A DNA stretch of 64,000 bases from Rhodosorus marinus CCMP1338 (taxonomy: Eukaryota; Plantae; Rhodophyta), in the NCBI GenBank assembly GCA_029953675.1, contig JAMWBK010000002.1, positions 1,736,001 to 1,800,000 of the forward strand. The letters are read 5' to 3'. Positions within the stretch are counted from its first letter, which is position 1, and each line of letters opens with the position of its first letter. A program made the translations under genes and the position numbers. The notes under the pieces were generated by a model. The model saw only the letters and a list, made by a program, of their open reading frames with translations, ran no database searches and had not been told where the DNA came from. Below are positions 24,473 to 35,889 of this stretch, one piece after another.

Positions 24473-25730
24473 TCGGCCTAGACAAACTATGGCCCTCGAG
24501 CAGGGGGAAATTGTACACAAAGTTTGGGGGTCGGTTAGGGGGCAACAAGCCCATTTCCACTTCTTGATAAACGTGGGTTATATGGGAGAAACGTGGGAGC
24601 TTAGCAACGGATCTCGAAGTAGTACCAGTGTGTACTTATGGATGCGAGCATTTCACAGAGCAATAAATCATCGATCGCCAAGATAGTCGTTATTGTTTGT
24701 CGGAAAAAAGCGCTTACGATGCCAGCTCACCCGCCTGCTGGGCAGTCCTAAGCGGTAGTCTGGCACTGAGACCAGAAGATTCAACCGGTCCCTCCGATCG
24801 AAGTCAACAACCGAAAGCAAGTGAAACTCCAGAAGAGAGAGTCCATCGGGGAGAGTTCGGGAGAGCGATACGCAGAGATCAGCCGCGATTGTAGAGCGGC
24901 ATTTCAAAAAACTGCAGAGCTCTGTCGCACAAAGGCTAGTAGATGAAGATGTGATCGATCATTCCTATGACCTTCGATTTGCTTATTGGCGGCTTTGTTT
25001 GTGCAAGTCGCAAGAATCTGTCACACCTTGATCCAGAAGACATCAGAGTCGCTGATGAGCGAATCCGAAGGCACATGGGGGATCAATCCCAGCTTCTGCT
25101 AACGCGCTCCAATTGCACGGATTTAGTTGGCACCATTTCCTACAGCTGCAATCTACAGTATACCCTCCAATGTCGATTAGTTATACTGGCCTGGTCAAGC
25201 CTAAGTCCTTACGATCAGTTCCGGATTCGTGTGAACGATTTCCAAGCTTCAAGCGCACCTGCCATTCAAACACCAGAAAATTTGATTAAAACAGGAAAGG
25301 TTTGTGGGGGATACACAAAAGCACTGAAAAGTAGGTTGCCACGAGCACGCTTTTCGGAGGGTCGGAGTGGGCTGTAGAGCGGTTACGGAGTGGTGGCATC
25401 ACGCTGGTCTAGGTGTAGAGGACTGCGTTTATAGTGGTAAACGAAACCTGATATAGATCACGCAGACTTGATTCAAAGGTTTATCTCTTACCGCCACTTG
25501 CGGAGGAGCAGCGCAATAAGTTTCAGGGGGTTTTTGTCCGCGGAGCTACCACCAGGTTCGTAGACCGCACAAAGATTCTTACTGTTTTCGACTTGGGAAT
25601 CATTTGTTAATTCTTCCGCATGAAATATCGGCAAGAATGTTTGTCTCCATAAGTATGGTTAAGGCTTGCTAATTGCCAAGTGCCAACGGTGTCCTATGCC
25701 ATTGCGTTGTGTGCTTTGTTCTTTCTTAGG

Positions 25731-26367
25731 ATGGCAAGGTTCTTGAGGAGAGTGACAGGTATGGTTCAGGACGCTCGTGAGCGTGGCTTCTGGAGTACAG
25801 TTGACGCGCTCAAGTATGGTAGACTTGGATCAGCTGAATACCTGGTCGGCGTCGACGAGGTAGGTAATCGGTACTACGAAAACCCCAATGCGATTATCGG
25901 AAGAGAAAGATGGGTTGAATATTATGGGATAGAGAAGAAGACTGGAACAGATGCCATGAAAATTCCTGGGGAATGGTAAGCTGAAAGCTCGATTTCGGGA
26001 AGCCTCGCCAAATTTCACAGCCCTTATCCAAACTCAATCCACTGCTTAGGCATATGTGGGTCCATCGAATGGTTGATGAACCTCCGTCCAGAAAACCTGT
26101 GGAACACCCGAAATATCAGGGCGAAGTTGAGGGCAACCTGTCCGGAACCAAGGTACGAAGTCAGTCTCAGACCTGCTCAACTGAGGGAAGAGATAGTTCT
26201 GATCATTCAACGGAGTGTTTGTCTTCTAGGACGCGTACTATTCCCAGTACTATGTGAAGTCTAAGGCTTTCGTAGGTAGGGCAGGTTCAAATATTGAACC
26301 ATGGAATCCCTCGCAAAAGAGGAAACCCCTGCTGGGGTCGGAGAAAGATGTTCTCGACTTGAAGTGA
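25731..26367 (+). CDS. NDUFA12: Complex I subunit NDUFA12 (B17.2); join(25731..25975,26050..26152,26230..26367)
   Basis: LVGVDEVGNRYYEN, GRERWVEY, IPGEW/HMWVHRMVDEPP, NLSGTK/DAYY and EPWNP. Two GT-AG introns. Confidence 0.95.
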
Positions 26368-26814
26368 TGCTTAAGTTATTAACGCATTGGGGCTGCGGCA
26401 AGCCGGATTAAATAATTGATGGCAATCCCGAGAGCCCCGTCTTGTCCAGGCTCAGTAGGCGCTATCGGTTGTCGGGGCGTCCATTCGAAACTGTGAAGGA
26501 ATCACCATGTCAAAATGATGAAGAGGAGTCTCTAAAGTATTCAAGATCCATTTCAGTAAAACGCATGGTTCCTCCCGACTCACAATGGAATCCGTCAATT
26601 GGTTCACACGCATGCGGGATCACGGTGCGGCTTATGTTTCAGTGCATCCTTTTCCAACTCTGTCGAGCAGTGTAAAGTTCATGAAGCAGACCAAGGACGC
26701 TGCATTGCCTGCATTGCCCAGCAGTTTGCTTGTAGAATTTGGGGACCTTCATCCTACGCTGTCAAGGACTTGAGCGGCCTTTCAGAAAGCGGCCTTAAGC
26801 TATCCAAAAAGTAC

Positions 26815-28920
26815 ACACGGATGCAAGCACTCTCGGTGTCGGGCATTGCTGCTCCAGAAGTTCGACAACGGAGAGCGTCCAGTGGCATATTTTTCTAAGA
26901 AGTTCTCCGACACCGAGCGGAGGTATTTCACCTATGAAGAAGAATTGTTCGCTATCACGACGGCAATCTTGAATTGGAATACGTACCTCGAGGGTACCAA
27001 ATTCACTGTCCGGACAGATCACAACCAGTTGCGATTTCTACAGTCCCAACGAGAGCTCACCGAGCGCCAGGCACATCAATCGACTAAGGCCGTTCCTTTT
27101 CACCATCGTATATAAGAAGGGGAAGGAGAATATAGCGGACGCCCTGAGTCGAAGTGCCATCCACCACTGACGCAGGTTTCCCGCAAGGAAGATTGGGCAA
27201 GGTTATACCTGACGGATCCAGACCTCTGCAATATCTTTGAAAATCCGATCGAGTACCGCGAACAGGGATTTCCCCGACGTGACGATTTACTTTACCTACG
27301 CAACCGACTTTGTGTATCCAAGGCAATGACCAATCAATTGCTCCGCAGTTCCCATAACGAACCCACGAGAGGCCACTTCGGTATTATAAAAACCCATAAT
27401 TTATTGAAGCGGAAGTACTATTGGACCACAATGAAGCAAGACATCGAGCAGCCGCTTGGTACCTGTGAAATCTGTCAGAAGCAGAAACCTCTGTGTGGTC
27501 AACAACTCAACCTTTACGTATACTAGATGGGAAACTCAAATCCATATCAACGCATTTCATTGTCAGCTTACCATTGACGTCGGAAGGCTATGACTCCATC
27601 CTCGTTATCGTCGATAGGTTTACGAAATATGCGCGGTTTGCTCCGACGACCACTACCGCCACTGCTTCGGTTCCGAAGTTGCGAAGTTGTTTGTACACCA
27701 TTAGGTGCGCTTTGCGGGTGTTCCCGTGCATATCGCCTCCAATCGCGATCCCCGATTCACGGGTGTTTTCTGGAGATAATTCGTGAAACTACTGAGGGTG
27801 AAACAGAACCTCAGTACAGCGTATCACCCGCAGACAGATGGGCAGACCGAACGGACAACCAAACGTTGGAAACCTACTTGCGATGCAACTCCACTGCGCA
27901 GAATTAGGTGGCAGACCTTTCGACTGCTGAGCTGTCGTATAACAGTCAGGTCTCAGAAGCCACCACATTTTCCCCTTTCGAATTGCTATACTGACGCACC
28001 CCGACATTACTGCACGACCTCATCTTGCCGGACTACAGCAGCTCTGCAACTCCCTTAACCGAAGCTGCAATGGTGCTCCAACGCCAACAAAATCAACAAT
28101 CTTTGGCCCGAGTCAACCTACGCTATGCCCAGGAACAGCAGCGCTTTTACTATGATCGTCGGAAAAAAGACTTTCCGTTTAAAACCGGCGATTACGTCCT
28201 GCTATCAACGCGAAATATCCAACTGCCCTAGCGTTTTTCGACCTTCCTATGTGGGGCCTTCCTAAGTTCTACAACAAATCGGCGAAGAAGCGGACCAGCT
28301 GGAGCTCACGGAAGATTTTCAAATTCATGATATTTTTCACGTATCTCTTTTGCGGAAGTTTCTGGGATCCGAGCCTGCGACGAGTCGAGTAATACCTGCG
28401 TTCCTGCCGCCCACGCAACCCCGCGAGGTTAAGTCGGTATTGGGGCATCGGCTGAGCGCTGAGAATTTGAACGATAATTTAGAATCTACGATGGTTACCA
28501 CGTATATCATCAGCTTCCGCAGAATAGGAATACCAAGAAGCAGATCCCTTATTACACAAACCTTCACAAGGCTGCGTCATCTTCAGCCGGTAGTCTTTTC
28601 CTTCGGTGGGAGGAGACGTCACGTCCTGAAGAGACAGGTTCATTATCACGGCCAGAGTGCTAAACCTAGCCGGCAGAGACGGCCAGAGGGCTAAAGTGGA
28701 GAATCGTGACAAGATTTGGCACAGTAAACTTAGCCTATACATACCATAACTATGCATCTCCTTCAGGGTTAACCGTAGGAGAAAAAGAGCTAGGAAGAGT
28801 TAGGCAAAAGAAGTGAAACCTGAGACAAAAGTAAAAGCCGATTCACGAAGAAATTGAAACCGGGACAAGCGTCATCTGAGGACCTTAAGTGCGCCGCGCA
28901 ATCAGAAACGACAAGCTGTC
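26815..28920 (+). mobile_element. 5'-truncated degenerate Ty3/gypsy (chromovirus-like) element: RNase H, integrase, PPT and candidate 3' LTR
   Basis: TDAS..GVG, VAYFSKK..ERRY, FTVRTDH, YKKGKENIADALSR, HNEPTRGHFG, C..C, ILVIVDRFTKY, STAYHPQTDGQTER, FKTGDYVLLS and IHDIFHVSLLRKF are present. A chromodomain-like EVKSVLGHR follows. The purine tract GGTGGGAGGAGA precedes CGTCACG at 28617. The right boundary is uncertain. Confidence 0.9.
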
Positions 28921-29320
28921 CAGAAATTTTTTTAACCAGGAGCGGCATACGTTTGAGATTCTTTGTTTTGCCCTTTTCAGCGAATTTGCTTGGTAGGCAC
29001 GGAGACTGCTAATTTGTAATGAATTATCATTGAAATTGCCAATTTACCCTCTTAAAAAGCCCAGCCGGAATCTAATTTGGAGTTGTGGATAACGCAATGA
29101 GGCTTCACCCCCTTGATGTAGGGGTATAATGGGCAGCACAGGAGATTGGGAGTGGAGGACAACGCAGGATAAACTGTAACCGTATGCTTCGCTCGGCAGC
29201 TTTCTACTGTAACCGCAGACTAACGTGGTGTTTTTTAAGCGGGCGTGCAAGGAATGTCGATGTTAGAGGTCGACTGAGCGGTTGTGTTCTGTGCGGATAC
29301 TTGATGTTCACGATTGCAGA

Positions 29321-31793
29321 ATGGATAGCGCTGAGGGTGGAGGCCTCTATGCCGATCTAGAAGTCGGGAATGTGCTCAGTACACACACATTTCTATTGCT
29401 CGTCGACGAATCCCCCGTACTTCGTTCACGCGCTGGGCTCGTAAAGGCCCTGAAAAGGTATCTTAAGTGCTGGATTCCCATTTTGAATCGTGTGGGAGCG
29501 GAAGCAGCTCTGCTGGCTTTGCCATCAGACATTGCCTGGATCTGGTTTGTCCATTTGTGTCAACCTCAGCAGTACTACAAGGACTTCACGAAGCTCACAG
29601 GCAAATTCCCTACTCACAGAGGAGCAAACCCAGTTGCCGCTGCGCTCAGACCCAGAGGCGGTCAGGCATGGTTGAATACTGCAAAAATATGGAAGACTTA
29701 CTATCCTACCGAGGCATTTGAGAATTTGGAGGCTGACGATTCCTTGCCTGCGATTTCTGATACTCTGCACCTTTCATCTCATGAACTGACGGACAGGCTC
29801 GTTAGTGAGGCCCAAACACAACTGAACTTCTACTACCAGGTTTCTCTCCCGCACTACCAAAGTCGTCTGTTCTTGGAAAGGGCCATAGAAAGGTACAAGA
29901 AGTACTTGGACTTGTGTGGAAGATACCCAAAAGAGCACTTTTTGCCTCCGTATGATGTTAATCTAGTCTGGCGAACACATATGGCATGCGGAGTCAAGTA
30001 CGTCGAGGAGTCGATCAAGGTCGCTGGGCGTATGCTTGTTCACGATTCGAACATATTGCAGCTGGCATTTGGGAACACTCGCGCGAGCATGATTGCCTCG
30101 TCAGAAGACAGGTTCCTCAACGAATTTGGGGAACCCCTGTTCGATTCCGGAACGGTCGCCCGAGGCCCGAGACCGAGGCTCGCGCTTATGAGAGAGCGCT
30201 GGGTAGGAAAGGTGCACATTGATGGGGCTTCTCTGGAGGGCCTGCAGATCGACGGAAGGAGCTACCGACCAGTGCTTGGAGTCTCAGGTCAACGAGGTGG
30301 TGCGGGAACGGTAAGAAAGGGACTCGAGAGAGACGCACAAGGTCGTTGGCAGCTTCAGAAGAAGATATCAGTTCAGGTGGATGGGAGAGCTGGAGCAGAC
30401 CTTCACGTGGAGGTGGCTCTGAAACAGGCCAAGCTGATGTCGTTAACCTCAAATGTCCCAAAGAAGTCATATCTCTCGAATATGAGACTTGACACGCTCA
30501 AAGCGGGCCCACTCTCGAGCACGCTGGAACTCCGGTCCCTTGGCAGTTCAAGGGATGAAGCATCTATATTATTGTCCTATAGGGTTGATTCCAAGTCACC
30601 GAAAGGTGCCCTTACGATGGTTGTCAAGGAGCCAGTAGAACCCATGATTGCCTGCGTGGGACGGGCGAGAGCGAAGCCTTTTCAGCCACCAGAAAGAATG
30701 GAATCGCCTCTTCGGCGGGAAATGTTTATTATTGACGAGTCGCAAGTGGGATTTGGGCTTTTGAAAGTGGAGCATTACTACGATGGTGTCCGGCTTCAAC
30801 GACCACATGCTGTTGTTTCATTCAACGACCTAAGTGGGGCACTGACCTCCTGCGCACGGTTGATTTCCCCCGACCAATTGGTTAGCGATCCCTCGCTGGT
30901 ATGGAACCGACAGGAGCTGGTCGGGTCTCAAGTCGACACCTCAACATTGATGTTCTCGATCACGATTGGGCGCAAAGATTGGGGGGTAGTACGAGGAACG
31001 TGGCAAGGCTACACAGGCCGTAGGGGAGCAAACCCTGGCCAATCTGGGTCGCTCCACATGACTGTGGCTCGCCTTGTTAATACGGTCGACGAGGTTGCTG
31101 AGACAGCGGCGACCGTCGTGGCACCGGGACGCGGTCAATGGCGACTCTATAGTGGCAAGAGTTCAACAGTCGAGGTATGTTCAGTGGCTATACTCCCATT
31201 CACCACTCTCGGCTTATTATATGGCTGCACTAGACGATCCCATATCACAACCGCGCTTGGACGAAGTTCGCACCTCACGCTAGTTCCTGCGTTCTGTTTC
31301 CATGCTTGGTTAGGAGCTGGTTACGGCAAATCCAGATGATGGCTCCATCAACATCGGTTGTGCCCTCGAACCCGAAGCGGGTTTGTTGTTGACTTGCTGT
31401 GCGTCGTTATTCACCGTGTTCCTGTGTCCCCCACCAGCGGTTGTTGCTGGAACTAGACCTGGGCTCTTCTCTTCAAAGCTCTATCGGATTTCTGGCGTGG
31501 AAGTCGGCGGTCTCATTGGAAAACATCTGAGAACGAATTCTAACGATGCAAAAGAGGCAGATCGCTTCATGGGATCCGTGCGAAACTACTTTGCTAGCAT
31601 GGATGCCTTCTCCGAAGCGCCGTCCTACGCTGAACCAACTTCATTTCCCGGAAAGATGGAACCCCGATCATGGGGTATGACGGTGGAATCGATTGCCTAC
31701 AATGCAGGCATAGATGGAGACGCAGAGCCTTCGGGTTTGGGAAAGTCTGGAGCCTCGTCCGGAAAGGCCGCGATTTGGTTTAATGATACGTAA
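29321..31793 (+). CDS. Glycine-rich domain-containing protein-like (GRDP/DUF1399 repeats) with long C-terminal region; join(29321..31174,31314..31793)
   Basis: Two repeats of the DUF1399-type motif: RYLKCWIP...LPSDIAWIWFVHLCQPQQY and AIERYKKYL...LPPYDVNLVWRTHM. One phase-0 GT-AG intron. Confidence 0.8.
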
Positions 31794-33117
31794 GGCACCA
31801 TCCGCAATGGTACGAGGTCTGTTTTTTCTGGTTCCTGCCAAAGTCTGGGCGTGCGAACCCAAAGCACGTACCTCGGGTTCGTGTCTCGAGCTCTGCACTC
31901 TATAGCTCTCTCTGCGGGAGTTTATGTGCTAAAATCTCCCCAACGCATTGGATGCTGGCGCCGTCAAGCCCCTGGTCCTCCAGAATACCGATGGAAAGTC
32001 TTGGTATCAAACGGAGACGGGGATTTGCAGTGACGATGAAGACTGTCCTTGGCTTCACTGCTTGAAAGCATAGATGTCTTCGTGCATGAGGGGGTAGCCG
32101 CACAGCAACTTCCCGCCATGAGGAATCGACATCGAGCTGGAGTTGTGAGGCTCGTGAACTACCGCAGGGGATCCGCTGACGCTCATGTAAGAGGCGGACA
32201 TCTGAATGTTTGCGAGGCTAGCGGCTATTCATCTAGTAGAACTGTTGAACTCATCTCGTCGGCTGACATTCTGTAGTTGAACCCTACTGTTTCGGAGCAG
32301 TTAGACCTCAATCAAAGCCGAAACCCACATGATCAAGCACTGATCATTTTAACTGGGCAGGATCTCAACAGCGGTCCTTCGTGAGCATTAGCAGCCTTCA
32401 TAGTGTTTCAGTTCGTTGTATCCTCGTCGTCCCGTTCTCTCAGCTTGATCGTCTCCGAACAACCATCGAGCTGGAGCTAACCATCAGGCCGATTGTGATT
32501 TCCGTTTTGTTTTTTGGGGTGATGTAGAAAGTTACGAAACTGTTTGATTGCTGGATTTTTTTTCAAAGGGTATTATACATATATATATGTATATATTGTG
32601 GGTGCATCCTCGAGCGGTTTTCACCCCCCTCCAGCAATTGGTTGCTGTGCACCCCTAAATATTGTATGACCAGCGTCGGGCATGCGCAAATTGCAGAATT
32701 CGATGGATTTTTCGTCGGTCTGTACCTAAATTAGCGAGCTGGTACTCACAAAACAAGACACAAACCGTCCTAAACTAGCGGAGCTGAGGTCGTTCTGAAG
32801 TTCATCACTGAGGATAGGAACCAGTTGGGGGGGTTTTGTGACACTCGCGGGATTGAATTCTCAGAAGGTTTTCAAGGGCTATAGGAGAATTTTTAGATTT
32901 CGAGCTGGCCGCGAGCAGAAAGGCCCTGAGAGGTACGCTTGGAAGGTTATTCGTGTGCTTTCTGTTTGGAATGGACTGTCCAGGGATCAAGCGCTGCTTC
33001 CAATAGGTGGCCAACGGATGGCCTAAGGAACGACTCAGCAGTAGCGAGCTTATGATTAAGGAGGAAACAGCAACTGCATTGTGGATTCAAGCTCTGGACC
33101 ATTAGCTAACATCAAGT

Positions 33118-35037
33118 ATGGCTGCCATCGCAGATGATGAGAGTGAACGAGCAGACAAAAGGAGTCCGGAAGAGGTTGATCCGGACACCGCGCACGCATC
33201 TGACGAGCGGGACAATGGACGTGAGAACGATGACGGGGAAGATGAAGAGGAGAACCTGAGGCATGAAAGACTCCGAGCGGAGCTGGACGAGTTGGATAAG
33301 GTAGAGGATGAGCTGAAAAAGAAACTTGCCAACCTTGGGAGCAGGGGAAGCTCCGATCGGCCCGGGCATTTGCAAGACGAGAATGCTGATGTTCGAAGAT
33401 CTGTGTCAAAGCCCACTCAAAGGGACAAGAAAATGTTCGGAATGCTGGTTGGTACACTCCGGCAGGCGAAGAAAGATTGGTAAGCAGAAGAGACCCACTC
33501 AGGAGAGCAGCTCTTAAGGTTGGCATCTGCGCAGCCGACTGCGTAACACCTGCTGCAACTTTTTCTGACTGTTTTTACTCTGTTTCAAACTTCCAGGTCC
33601 CAATTTTCGAGCTCAAATTCTCAGAAAAAGAGATCCGAGGCAGAACACCGCGCTCAAGAGCGGGAAGAAGAAGAGAGAAAGCAGCTCATGAAAAAGCAAG
33701 AACAAATTTGGGAAGCGAGAAAGAAGAAGGAAGCTGAGCTAACTAAACTTCGAGACAAAAGGCAAACACTGAACAAGCTCTATGGTGAGGAACGAGGTTA
33801 TCTGCGACAGATTGCAACGTCGGAAAAGTATATCCGGACAAAAGCCGAGCCACGGGTACTATGGAAACCCAAAATGCACAATGAGAAAACGAGAAAAGCT
33901 CAGGAGGAAGGTCGTGGCTCCCTTTTGGGTGACGCGGAGGAGCGCTTAGTTGAAGTTCGGGAAACGATTGCAAAGTGCAAAACAGAACTTAACGAATCTA
34001 GAGAGATTCTGAGCGATATGCGAAAAGTAGGTTTCAGGGAAAACAGGAAACAGCGTCCTGAAGATGCGAACATGAGGGACGATCGGGACGTGGAAAAAAA
34101 TGAGCCCCAGGGTGAGAGAGGCCAAGAGAAAGAACACACGACCTCAGAAAAGAGAGAGCACAGAGGTGACAAGGCAGCTGTTAAGAGAAAAAGAAGCTCC
34201 GAGGCAGAAGAAGATGTCGAACAAAGGGAACTCAGGAACACATCAAACGAAGCACACAACGCCAAAGCCCAAAGGGCGATTCAGGAGGGGAGACAAGTGG
34301 ATAGCCCTGTCGCTAAACCCAAAAGGCGAAGGGCTACGAGGGACACTAGCGAACAGGCGCACGACTCAAAGGATGAAATGCAGACAGACGAGCGGGACGT
34401 CGTCGTGGAATCGACCGCGCTGCCAACTCCCGACGATCGGACGATCGAGGTGGAGATGGAAACTCTATCCAAGGACAAGGATTCAGTGCTGGAAGGCAAT
34501 GCAACTTCTGTGACACCAATGAACTTGGACCCTCAAGTGAACAGCCACGAATCGGTCCGGTCGTCATCGAGCCCGGACGACACGAAACCTGGGCATGCAG
34601 ACAAGGATGCATCTAAAGAGCATGCTGGTGAACTGTCCATCAAGAAGACGCCCAAACGGAAAGATACAGAAGGGAAGGAGACTATCGATGAACAGCCGAA
34701 AAGGAAAGATGAGGGCGAGGAGATGCCAAAACCAGAAAACAAGGGGGAAGAAACCCCTGAGCCTGTGGTGGTCCCTGAACAAGTACAAAGCGACGTGAAA
34801 ATTGAGTCGAGCCCGCCGAATGTGCAGGAGGAGCAGCCGGCGAACGAGATTACTCACTCCCATGAGCCGCCGGGAGCGCTAACATCCGACAAGGACCCGA
34901 AGTACGCTGATATTAGCGCGTGGACAGTAAAGAAGCTGCGTGCTGAGCTGGCAGGGCGAGGAGTTAAGCATTCCAAAATCAAACAGAAAAAAGGACTTAT
35001 CGAGGCGCTGCAAGAAGAGCTCCGGAAGCCTATCTAG
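33118..35037 (+). CDS. Pinin-like protein with C-terminal SAP-like motif; join(33118..33479,33597..35037)
   Basis: Pinin signature QRDKKMFGMLVGTLRQ, a coiled coil and YIRTKAEPRVLWKP. A charged low-complexity region follows, ending in WTVKKLRAELAGRGV...KKGLIEALQEEL. Confidence 0.8.
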
Positions 35038-35889
35038 GGTTCACCAGCGGACGCTTTCATCTGTTTTGCCTGCTCGGCTGGAAATTCTGTGGGCGTAAGT
35101 TGCCGTGCGATGAACGCGAGTAGCACTGCCGCAGGTCTCTTCCAGCTTCCTGGTCAAAAATCCTTTCTTCAAAGCATACGTCGACATGTGAATTAAGCTA
35201 ACGAATCTATAAAAAAACCAATCTCCCAGCTGCACTCGCGTTCAGCAAACAGCCGTTAGTCGGCACTCAGCGGTTGCAGAAGAGACACAGAACTACTTGG
35301 CCGATCCCGGATTTACTATTCAACCATATACCTCTGCACCCGCGAAAATCGGGGTCCACGCTCATGCAATAGCTACGACGTTCTTTACTCCCCAATCGTA
35401 TCATCTTCATTCTTGCGCGGGAAAATATATTCGTTTTGTATAAAACATTCTCAGAAAAATATTAATCCTTTCTCCCTCCAAAATGGGTGAGAAAACTTCG
35501 CCCTATGCTGAAACCCACCCTTGGCCAGAATTCGACGGGTTCTGAGGAATGGTCGAAGATACCTCTGCAGGGGCTTGATAATTTTGCAATTGCCGCTTTA
35601 CGCCCCGATCAGCGATGTCTCTTTGCAAGTGGGGTGGGAACCGCAAGAAATAAATTCATGTTGATAGTTGAAGAGCGCAAAGTTCCTGCAGCGTTCCCGC
35701 TTATGCAGAGTGGAAAACCTCGAGAATGGTGTCAAAGACCCTGTGCAGGGAAGAAGATGCGGCTGTGATGACGCGGATCGCGGTGACCCTGGTCAGTTGC
35801 ACTCTCTGAGCTGGTGGTTGACGAGTGCCGCGGCAGAGCGAGGGCGACACTGACAGAACCTCGTTGGCTCAGCGATTTTTTCGTTGATA

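Noticed and set aside
23931-24686. Alternative-frame and antisense ORFs (poly-Ser, RT-repeat, VL-repeat, RP-repeat) over the acidic exon
   Set aside because: These are shadow ORFs produced by the GACGAR microsatellite. Only the D/E frame has matching splice sites.
24700-25600. Possible additional RLE-element relic on the plus strand
   Set aside because: The similarities (SGSLALRP, AEEQRNKF) are too weak to separate from chance without a profile search.
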